Source: Saprolegnia diclina VS20 (lineage: Eukaryota). Taken from it: a DNA stretch of 39,699 bases. The notes beneath the pieces were generated by a model, which did not search any database, had not been told where the DNA came from, and saw nothing but the letters and a program-made list of their open reading frames with translations. Positions 1-9,089 of this stretch are shown here, piece after piece; within the stretch, counting starts at the first letter, position 1; each line of letters begins with the position of its first letter. Location of the stretch: NCBI RefSeq assembly GCF_000281045.1, contig NW_008246069.1, positions 1,262,929 to 1,302,627 of the forward strand. The letters are read 5' to 3'. The position numbers and the translations under genes are program-made.

Positions 1-66
1 ATGAATTGTTGCGAGCTGTCCAATCATTTTACGCAAGCAACAACATTTTAACCAATCCAAATTGGG

Positions 67-101
67 ACAAACAAACAAACAAACAAACAAACAAACAAAC
101 A
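67..101. repeat. (ACAA)n tetranucleotide microsatellite
   Basis: Perfect run acaaacaaacaaac... of about 8-9 units. Confidence 0.95.
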
Positions 102-161
102 GGCAAATAATCCCTGGTGGGCTGGGTAACCAGGAGGTTCCTACCAGTAATAATTGTGTTT

Positions 162-643
162 GGTTTCGTGCGCAGAAAAGGCGCCGGGTTAATAAGACCG
201 ACGTGGTCGATTTCCTGAAAAGGAAGACGACGACGACAAGTGATGGAATGGAATGGGAGGCGCAGACGACTCGGGATCGGACGAATTTCAGCTGATGTAC
301 GTGTCTTGCGTTGTCGTTCGTGGCGACAAATATGTGGCATCGAAGGGTCTTGCGTCGGCGTAGCAACCGTGGGTAGCGTCGACACTCGGTGAACGAACCT
401 TCGCGCGCTTCTGTTCCCGCAAGTAGCATCTCGTGGCATCGCGCAGTCGAAAAGCCATTGCACGGTTGATGATTGGTCCTATGTTCTTCAGTAAGGCCAG
501 TGGTAAAGACGATCTTTTGCCCGAAAGAAGGCAGCAATAAGATCTCTGGAAGTTAACCAATTAATTGCATTGGGCGTTGAGACGATCAGCTGTGGGTCTC
601 AACAATTGCGGCAAAAGCGGCGTTTTTATACACCATCCGACGA
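162..643. repeat. Dispersed repeat, copy 1 (direct orientation to 21799-22249)
   Basis: Colinear similarity with substitutions and indels. Includes an identical 38-nt block gtctcaacaattgcggcaaaagcggcgtttttatacac (596-633 = 22202-22239). Confidence 0.9.
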
Positions 644-650
644 CGACGAC

Positions 651-1123
651 GCATGTGGATGAATCGCAGCGTGGAGCTTAAGCGTCGCAATGGGGCGGCC
701 GCCGACCTCCGACTCGACGAGCAGCGTCGCTACCATGGACATCATACGACACGGTTGCATTGATTGGCGTACCCATGGCGGGCAAGACCGTGCATGCTAA
801 AATATATCGATATTATCTAATGCTAGTGATGTCTTTGACGAAGGCAGCGCCATGCCATGGCACCATGCATGCTGCTTGCGCGTCATCGATTGATCTGCGT
901 CAAAGGAGACTAGGCATCTCGGCCTCCTCTTCCGGCAATCGGTCCGATTTCAGCCAATCCCAGCGATAACAAACGCAGCGCAGGTGGCGTGCGGACAATC
1001 CGGATGCTTGCAAGCTGCTGTGAACGGACGCGACAACCGTGGGCGTCTCGTTAGCCAAGTACAAGAGAAATAAGTGGGCGGAGGCGTCGATGGCGCAGCA
1101 ATAGCATTAGTCGAGAGGTCCAT
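651..1123 (-). pseudogene. Decayed inverted partial copy of the YecM-like gene at 38966-39699
   Basis: Reverse complement of 651-800 aligns to about 39270-39416, including the 43-nt intron. 918-931 matches about 39247-39260 and 978-1123 matches about 39014-39180 (MDLST..APSTPP vs MELST..APSTPP). Frameshifting indels and inserted DNA are present. Confidence 0.85.
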
Positions 1124-1163
1124 GGTCCGATGAGAATGCGTTGGAGAAACAGTATTTCTCATG

Positions 1164-1191
1164 TACTACTACTACTACTACGTAGTAGTAC
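1164..1191. repeat. (TAC)n microsatellite ending in a short palindrome (gtactactac..gtagtagtac)
   Basis: Seen directly in the sequence. Confidence 0.8.
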
Positions 1192-1373
1192 AAGGATTGC
1201 AAGCAATAGCATTCGTCAAGTATGGACCCTTGGTGCATGCACAGGCGTCTGCGCACCGCAGCGTGGCCAAGGACGCATCATTCATGTTCGGTTTGCGGCT
1301 TGGATTCCGGATACCCAACCCTTTTACGACTTTATCCGGAAGGATCCTTCTCGCATTTCGACTTTCGACCAAC

Positions 1374-1505
1374 ATGGTGCACATCGTCCGTGTACCAAGG
1401 CAGACCGCCATGTCGTCGTCGCTCTGAAGACAACGTCATGCGCTCTCCACCGCGGCGACCCCGTCGCTTGCATCAACAGCGCGATCGAGCGTCTGGACTG
1501 GACGA
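1374..1505 (+). CDS. Possible 5' end of an unknown gene cut by the assembly gap (MVHI|TTSCALHRGDPVACINSAIERLDWT)
   Basis: ATG at 1374 follows an Inr/FPR-like gcatttcgactttc (1353-1366). A 44-nt GT-AG intron at 1386-1429 restores the frame. No recognisable homology. Confidence 0.35.
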
Positions 1506-1605
1506 NNNNNNNNNNNNNNNNNNNNNNNNNNNNNNNNNNNNNNNNNNNNNNNNNNNNNNNNNNNNNNNNNNNNNNNNNNNNNNNNNNNNNNNNNNNNNNN
1601 NNNNN
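1506..1605. other. Assembly gap (100 N)
   Basis: Run of N. Confidence 1.
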
Positions 1606-2213
1606 AATAGAGCTCTAATTGTGGAGCAACCTCGGTCCTGCACCTCGTGGACCCAATCGCTCTCTTTCGGATTCGAAGACTCGATCTGTAGCTCGACACT
1701 TGATCGGGGGTTGCTCGTACCTGGAGATCGTACGGCAAGTTGAGGCTAGTGGCTGACGGCGCGGGGCTTCTATGAGACTCGCCGACAAGCGCCGATGCGA
1801 ACGTCACCACGTTGGAAATCTTCGCCAGCGCGCATGCGTCCGAAGCGACCAAACGAGGTGACGTAACTGGAGCTTGCCGTACCCACTTCTTTGGCCCAAA
1901 GCTCGTGATCAAGAAGCGACTGCTCTCGCCGCACCGGCCTTGGTACGACCCAGTGGCGCCACGAGAAGTAATTATTGACCGGCGCACTTGTGTCCACGTC
2001 AAGCACCTCCGTTACAAAGCCATGACTGCGAGCCCACTCGACGGCGATGGCCCATTGGCATGCGGCGACAGCACCCACACCGCACCAAACGGCGTCTCGG
2101 GAGTTGTGGTACATTCCCTGGTATGGTAAAAATGTTCACAGCCCTAATCTCCGTCAAGTTGCTCATAGAAACGACGGGCTATTTCCAGCTCTTTCCATCG
2201 GTTCCATTTTCTA

Positions 2214-4621
2214 ATGCGACGACCGTCGTTGCCGCTTGTGACGCCGAGCAGCGCGTACGGCCCGCTCGTGGACGAGCCGCCCGCCAAGCGGCCGCCCAAG
2301 AAGCGCTACATGCACAACTGGGAAAACATCTTTGGCCACCACTCGGCGCGCTTCTCCATCAGCAGCGTCGTTGCGCTTGTGCAAAAGGAAGGCAAGACCG
2401 TTCTCTTCCTTGTGCTGCTCGGCGCCTCGGGTACGTCGCCTTCTTCGTGTCGTCTTCATGCAGCATCACGGAAACGATGCTAGTCTCGGTGCTCGACTAT
2501 GGCATCAACGAGGCCATCGTCGGCCTCAAGTGGCTCCAGACGCGGTTTGTCGCGGCCATCGTGCACGCTGCGCCCGCAACGCCGGCCAACGCCTGGGGCA
2601 TCCCGCTGGCAGCGACGCTCGTGTGGAGCGCTGCCTTTGCTAGCGTCTCAGTCGGCTGGACGCGCTTTGTCGATCCGATGGCCGGTACGCTTCCGTGCCA
2701 ATGAATCTGTGAGTTGCATTCTGGGACGTGTAGCGGGCTCAGGCATCCCCGAGATGAAGACCATTTTATCGGCCGACTCGTGCCAGGATCCCGGTCGGTA
2801 CCTGCGCAGTCGCACGCTCTTCTCCAAGTCGCTCGGCCTCGCGACGGCGCAAGCTAGCGGTCTCTCGGTCGGGAAGGAAGGGCCGTTTGTGCACACAGCG
2901 TGCATTCTGTCGCACCAGTTTATGAAGCACCTTGGAGTCTTTGAACGCCTCTACCGCAACAAGTCGCTGCACCGCCACATGTACAACGCCGCATGCGCTG
3001 TCGGCGTCGCCTCAACCTTTGGCGCCCCGATCGGCGGCGTCCTCTTCTCCATCGAAGTCACGAGCTCCTTCTTCCTGCTCACTGTACGCTCATCAACTAC
3101 GTTCCGGATGCTCGCGCTGACAATGTGCCGTGGGTAGAACTACTGGCGAGCATTTGTGGCTGCCGTCAGCGGCGCCATCACCAAGCAAGTGCTCGACTAC
3201 ATCACGCGTGGCCAACCCGCCGGAATGCACTCGTTCCAAGCGCTCTACCCCACAACGTACCTCGACACGTCGTTTCAGCAGCGCGAGCTCGTCGCCTTTG
3301 CGTCTCTCGGGCTCTGCATGGGCCTCGCTGGGGCCGCGTACGTCCACGGCGCTGCGTACGTGCGGCTGCGCTTTGCGCCGCTCAACAAGGCGTGGCCGCT
3401 GCTGTGGGGATCACTGGTTGCCATGTTGGTTTCGATCATCGTGTACTGCCCTGGTCGCTTTCTGGGTCTTGGCATCTCGGACGCCCTCGGTGCTCTCACA
3501 AGCCCCGAGAAGCTGCCGTCCGTGTGGTATTACGGGGACTACGCGCTCGGTCCGCTTGCAGTATCGCGCTCCATCAGAAATGTTGCGTACTTATGGTTGT
3601 GTAGATGTACTTTGTTGCCCGTATTCTCATCACGATGCTCTCGGTGGCGCTGCCAGTACCGTCGGGCGACTTTATCCCGCTCTTCTCGGCCGGCGCGGCG
3701 TTTGGACGGCTCTATGGCGAGGTCCTCGTCGACTGGTTTCCGAGTATCCCGGTGGTGCCCGGTGGGTACGCGCTCGTCGGCGGCGCATCGCTCGTTGCCG
3801 CGTCGACGCAAACCATCTCGGTGGCTGGTACGGTCGGTCGCACGTGTTTTGCTGGTTGAAGCATATTGCTAGTGATTGCGCTCGAGCTCACGGGGCAGTT
3901 TATCTACTTTACACCCCTCTTCCTCGCTGTCCTCGTCTCGTGCGGCTTGAGCAAAGGGCTGAGCGTCTCGATTTACGACAGGTATCTATCCTCATTCCCA
4001 CTGCCATCTCAAACTGCAATCTCAAACTGCAATCTCAAACTGCAATCTCGACATTGCACTTTCAAACTGCAATCTCAAAATGCAATCTCAATATTTTGGT
4101 AATCTAGTGCCATCATTTCCAAGGGACTGCCGTACCTTCCAATGCTGCGCTGCAACGAACTCCGCACCGAGCGCATCGTCGCGCGGGATGTCATGATGAA
4201 CGACGTCCCGTGTCTGCTCAACAGCACGTCGATCGCTGCAATCGCCGAGTTTTTGGCCACCCACCCACGCTCAAGTGTCCCCATCGTCCACGACGGGCGC
4301 CTCTTTGCGGGCTGCGTGAGCCGCGACGAGCTCGAGGCGTTGGTGGCGTCGTCGCCTGACCTGTCGACAACCACCCACCCAGTGGAGCTTGCTTCGGCGC
4401 TTGAAGTCAGCGGCAATGTGCTCAAGATCGACGAAGACACGCCGCTCGAGACGATCCACCTAGTGTTTGAGATGCTCAAGTGCAGCAAGCTCTTTGTGAC
4501 CAAATTTGGCGTTCTCCAAGGCGTCGTGACCCGCGCGTCGATGCACCAGCGGCTCGCGTACCTCGGCGACGGCGACCTCAGCGCGACGACGATTCTCCCT
4601 CGTGACGACATTGTGTGTTAA
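2214..4621 (+). CDS. CLC-family chloride channel with C-terminal CBS domains (about 7 exons)
   Basis: Spliced translation shows GSGIPE, GKEGP, FGAPIGGVLFSIEVT, GDFIP, SIYD and LPYLP followed by a CBS-like region. GT-AG introns near 2432-2483, 2685-2733, 3084-3137, 3561-3604, 3828-3872 and 3982-4107. Confidence 0.95.
4001..4092. repeat. 13-bp minisatellite (ctgcaatctcaaa) x about 7 inside the last CLC intron
   Basis: Tandem units visible directly; outer and some inner units are degenerate. Confidence 0.9.
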
Positions 4622-4793
4622 TCGCCTATGCTCGTAAACAATCTTAGTGCTCGCTTATTCCAGCCGAGCTGGCTTGGTATTATAGGCGTAAATTGCGTGG
4701 AAAAAGTATGTTGCCATTCGGTCTGTCGTCAGACTTATAGAAGAAGCAACATGGAGAGATAAAAATGGGGGTCTAACAACACACAACAAAAGC

Positions 4794-6446
4794 CTAAAAT
4801 TGGACTGCCGACGACCCCTGCTTCTTGTTGCGCGAATAGTCGAGCAAGTTGAGCGAGTCCCGCGAGTAGCCCGCCCCCGACGACGACGACGTCTGGCGCA
4901 TCTCGTGCATCGACGGACGCTCCGGCGCGTTGAACGTCGGCGCCTGCGGACGCACATTCCGCGGCATCTGCGTCGCCCGCACGTAGCTCTCGGGCGACGT
5001 GAGCACGTTCGGGTCGAAATGCGGGTTGGTCGGCGGCACCGGCGCATCGTCGTCGCGCTCCTCGTCGATGTCAAAGCTCTTGCGCTCGTCGCGGGCGCTC
5101 GGCCGGACGTACGTGCCGCGGTCGTTGAACATCTCCGAGTACGACTGCGGACCCGGCGACGTGACCGCTGTCTGGGACGCGCGCGTCGCCGCCTTGGAGT
5201 GCAGCGACGGCTGGCGCTCCGGAACGACCGGCGCGGTGAACGCTTGCTGCGGCGGCGGCACAAACGCCGGGGCAGCGACGTACGTGGGCTGCGAGGGGGC
5301 CACGTACGCCGGCGACGGCGCCGAGTAGAGAGGCTGCGGCGACTGCACCGGTGCTTGGACCGGTGGGTAGGTGGGCGTCGGCGTGTAGGTGGGCGTCGGC
5401 GTGTACAGCGAGGTCTTAGGGGCCGGCGGGTCTGAGTCCATGCGCGCATAGGCCGCGGTCGTCGACGCGGGAAAATCGTTGGTCGTCGAGGGCGGCACGA
5501 CGGGTCCTTGCGGCGGCGGCGGCGGCGTCGGGTCCTTCTTGACCGGACCGTGGTCCTTGTGCACGACCGAGTGGTCCGTGCCAAGGCCATTTTCGTAATT
5601 GTCCATTTCATCGTCCTCCTTGGCGCGGCGACGGCGAATCACACACACGACGATACCGATGACGACGAGGAGACCGGCCACACCACACACGATCGGCACC
5701 ACCAGCGACGACGAGCTCGAGCCCGAGCCCGAGGTACCCGGCTTGGACGGGTCGACCGGGTCTGCGCTCGACCCGGCGCTGTCGGTGGGCACTGAAAACT
5801 GGGCGCCAAAGTCGACGCACGTCCGTGTCGACGACGCCGACGCCGGGAACGAGACCGTGCCCGAGACGGTCACCGCGCCCGACGAAAGCGTGATTGGGAT
5901 GTTGTTAAAGTCGCTTCGGCTCGTTTTGTCAATGTAGAAAAAGCCAGCGTCCGAGGGCGACATGGCCACGCCATTGATCGACGCGCCCGTGACGACGCGG
6001 TACGAGTCGGTAAACTGCAGCGGGAGGTACGAGTTGCCCGCGCCTTCTTGTGTGCACACTTGAATGTTGCCCGGCACAAACTCGGTCGGGCACGTCACGA
6101 GCTTGTACGTGACGGAAAGCGGATTGTTGACCGTGTTGGCCGTCAGCGCCTGCATCGCGCCGGGCGAGAGGCCAATGTTGGTCGACGCCGACGTGTCGAC
6201 AATGTAGGCAACCACCGAGCTGCCGGCGTTGCAGTTGGCATCTTTGCACGTCACTTGGACGCAGCGGCCGCAGGTGGCCATGACCTTGCCAGGAATGGAG
6301 GCATACTTGGTGCTCTTCGAGCCCGACGGCGACGTGATGCGGCACGAGCCGCTCTCGGCCTGGGCGTTGTACGGCAGGAGGCTCGCCGACGTATCGGCGG
6401 CCGAGGCCATGGCGACGAGCGCAGACGTTAGGAGGAGCAGTCGCAT
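4794..6446 (-). CDS. Type I membrane protein: signal peptide, expansin-like (DPBB + D2) ectodomain, TM helix, Pro-rich cytoplasmic tail (550 aa, single exon)
   Basis: Signal peptide MRLLLLTSALVAMASA; expansin-like motifs CGRCVQVTC, IVD..GLSPGA and YKLVTCP; Ser/Gly linker; TM VVPIVCGVAGLLVVIGIVVCVI followed by RRRR. Confidence 0.85.
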   Translation of the reverse strand: MRLLLLTSALVAMASAADTSASLLPYNAQAESGSCRITSPSGSKSTKYASIPGKVMATCGRCVQVTCKDANCNAGSSVVAYIVDTSASTNIGLSPGAMQALTANTVNNPLSVTYKLVTCPTEFVPGNIQVCTQEGAGNSYLPLQFTDSYRVVTGASINGVAMSPSDAGFFYIDKTSRSDFNNIPITLSSGAVTVSGTVSFPASASSTRTCVDFGAQFSVPTDSAGSSADPVDPSKPGTSGSGSSSSSLVVPIVCGVAGLLVVIGIVVCVIRRRRAKEDDEMDNYENGLGTDHSVVHKDHGPVKKDPTPPPPPQGPVVPPSTTNDFPASTTAAYARMDSDPPAPKTSLYTPTPTYTPTPTYPPVQAPVQSPQPLYSAPSPAYVAPSQPTYVAAPAFVPPPQQAFTAPVVPERQPSLHSKAATRASQTAVTSPGPQSYSEMFNDRGTYVRPSARDERKSFDIDEERDDDAPVPPTNPHFDPNVLTSPESYVRATQMPRNVRPQAPTFNAPERPSMHEMRQTSSSSGAGYSRDSLNLLDYSRNKKQGSSAVQF

Positions 6447-7327
6447 GGACCGGGTCGGCGATTGCGCAGGCGGAGGCAAAACCAAAACTCGGTGCTGGAT
6501 GCGACCATTCGCGCAAGATTTGTTCTTTTTAATATTCCGCACTGTTTTTAAAAATCGCCCGCTCGTTTTAAAATACTTCGCTGTTTGTATTTCAACGGTC
6601 GTCGAACGCGGCTTCTTTTTATTAATTGGAGCGTTCGGCTGGAATTTTTTTGCGCCTATCAGAAAAACGGTCCAAACCTCTCAAACTTGATTTTGCTGAC
6701 GCCAGCCGGCTCGGGCTAGAAACACCCAACTTGGGGGGCACACGCGCACGCAGCTGCAGCATGGACACGGCGGTGCCGTACCGACGTGGGATCGACGGCG
6801 CTGGCACCATCATACTCTTCCGATACCCAGTGCAGGCCAGAGAGCGCTGGCCCGAAAGCGGCGTGCGATTAGCCGCTCGGAGCCGGTCCACCGCTCCATT
6901 GTGACAGTCGTTACTAATACACTGGATCGCGCGGCCGCTGTAACGTCCATACAAAGTGCAAGGTGTTTGAAAATTACGCGTTCCGATCATTTTCGCCGAC
7001 GCCAAAAATGTGCGCCGATGCCTGCTGGTCGGCGCCGACGACCGCGGACGTCGGCGCATCAGCCGTCGCTGGGCATCAGTTGGCATTCGAGTTCGATCGC
7101 GAACGACTGTAGCTCTTTGGCGCATTCGACGCATTCGGCGCCGTCGTTCGCTTCTGCTAGGCAGTCGCGATGGCAAGCTGCTTGCGATGGTAGCTTGCCA
7201 CGGTTACGGTGCGACGACGTTGGATCGGCAGCCGCCGCCAACAACGACGCGCGAGTACACGGTATTATTCTAGCCGAGTAGCCAAGGTTGTGGACAAGGG
7301 CAATCTCGATACAGGATGATGATGATA

Positions 7328-7652
7328 TTATAGGGACGGAAGAATTCGAACCGCGTGCGACCGTGCGTCGTGCGCCACTTCCTGTACCAGCAGCCAAGGT
7401 GGCTTCAACGGCGCGAGCGTGGGTGGAATTGGTGCCCGTGTCTTTATGAAAAACCCGTCACAATGCATAAAGATCGCGCGGATTCCACGAGGTTTGGGGC
7501 CAGTCGCCCGGGAATCTCGTAACCTGCGAGAATGCATACGACGCGCACCGTCTCGGCATCTCATACGTGGCAGCCTCGACGTGCTTGACGCCCTCGGGAA
7601 TCTCGTCCGTTTCCGCGTCCGTCGCTGAACTCTGAGCGCCCGACGCCGCCAT
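7328..7652 (-). CDS. Putative 93-aa hypothetical protein (2 exons)
   Basis: ATG at 7652 in gccATGG context. A 43-nt intron gtatga..tcgcag (7566-7524) joins two open frames ending at TAA 7328. Confidence 0.4.
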
Positions 7653-7725
7653 GGCCCGCGTCGCATTGCGTTCCTATCGACTTTGAGAGGTTTGCAACTG
7701 CCCGCTAATTCGACGATCGTCCAGC

Positions 7726-9009
7726 ATGACGCAGCAGCTTGTGGCATCGATCCGCCAAGCGATCCCCGCGCTGTCCAAGGACCTCCATAAAGGACAGTAC
7801 GGTACGCTTGTACGACCTTGCAGCCGGATGATGATGATATGCGTGCAGGCAAGGTGGCCATCGTCGGCGGCTCGCTCGAGTACACGGGTGCCCCCTACTA
7901 CGCGGCCATCTCGGCGCTCAAAACCGTGGGTCTGGATACATACCAGCCATTGCGCTGACACATATTAGGGCGTCGACCTCTGTCATGTGATATGCTCGGC
8001 CGAGGCTGCGATCCCGATCAAGTGCTACAGCCCCGAGCTCATTGTGCACCCGCTCTTGACGCATGCGCCGGATGCCATCGAACGCATCGCAGCCGTGCTG
8101 CCACGTATCGACGCGATCGTCATCGGCCCCGGTCTCGGCCGCGAGCCGTTCGTTCTCGACTTGGTCAAAAACGTGGTTGGCGTCGCCAAAGCTCGCGATA
8201 TGCCCATCGTCTTGGATGGCGACGCGCTCTACATGCTCGCAGCGGACACGACCTTGATTGCTGGCTACCGCCACGCCGTGCTCACCCCCAATATCGTACA
8301 ACGTCTGAACGATGATGTACAGAATTGTCGACATGGCGTAGGTCGAGTATGGCCGGCTCTGCGTCGCCACGGGGCTTCTGAAGGAACTCAACTTGGTCTT
8401 GGCCGCGCTCATTCCGCCGTCGCAGCTCTCGCAAAAGTCGTTTCTGTCTGGCCTCACTCCCCGGTATCATGGTGCTGCGTAGACTTGGACAGGTGGCCAT
8501 TCTTCGCAAAGGCGAGGTTGATTTGGCGTCGGACGGCGTGTCAAGTCTGTCGTGCTACGTGGCGTGGCAGCACTCAGGTCGAATATATTGTAGCGTTCAC
8601 CAATACACTGGAAGGCAGCCCCCGGCGATGCGGAGGCCAAGGCGATGTACACCACCGACACGCGGAGAGGGCCTTAGATGGCGTCGTGTAGGTTGTTGCT
8701 GGCACCGTCGGCGCCTTCCTCGCCTGGCACCAAGTCTCGTACGTCGTACTGTCGGGTCGATGAAATTCTTTATAAAAAAGGGCTAGGAAGCAGCACGACG
8801 GTGAGTCATCAAGCGTGAACCCCATGCTACAGGCGGCCATGGGTGGTGCGCTCCTGACGCGTCAGAGGTCCACGCCACCAGATTCGCGCGTCTGGTCTAA
8901 CGCCGTGCGTAGCTCGGTGCTCGCGTTTGCCAAGAAAGGACGAAGCATGACGACGCCAGACGTGATTCACCACATTGGCGCTGCGTTTGAGACGCTCTAC
9001 GGCAATTAA
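7726..9009 (+). CDS. NAXD: ATP-dependent (S)-NAD(P)H-hydrate dehydratase (YjeF-C/carbohydrate kinase family), multi-exon
   Basis: Spliced motifs HKGQYGKVAIVGGSLEYTGAPY, YSPELIVHP, VIGPGLGR, VLDGDAL, LTPN and RRCGGQGD. Confidence 0.95.
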
Positions 9010-9089
9010 CCTTTGTCCCAAGTGTCTCATGGTATTGCGAAACGACTTAGTCATACTAACTATGGACACAGTGTGCATTTTGGCGTCTT

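Noticed and set aside
1290..1450. Patchy colinear similarity to the reverse complement of the OST4 upstream region, suggesting the inverted duplication extends further
   Set aside because: The matches are short and mostly explained by shared promoter motifs (TATCCGG, Inr/FPR) and a tcgtcgtcg tract; they cannot be separated from chance by eye.
1770..2114. Minus-strand 114-aa ORF (MYHNSRDAVWCG...) divergent from the CLC gene
   Set aside because: No recognisable family and no convincing splice model; it may be real but cannot be supported.
4001..4092. CRISPR-like repeat array
   Set aside because: Units are directly tandem with no unique spacers, lie inside a eukaryotic intron, and no cas genes are present.
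4655..5611. Long Arg-rich alternative-frame ORFs here and throughout the window
   Set aside because: Shadow ORFs caused by high GC3 codon bias in the real genes.
6620..7300. Several overlapping ORFs between the expansin-like gene and NAXD
   Set aside because: No motifs or consistent exon chain.
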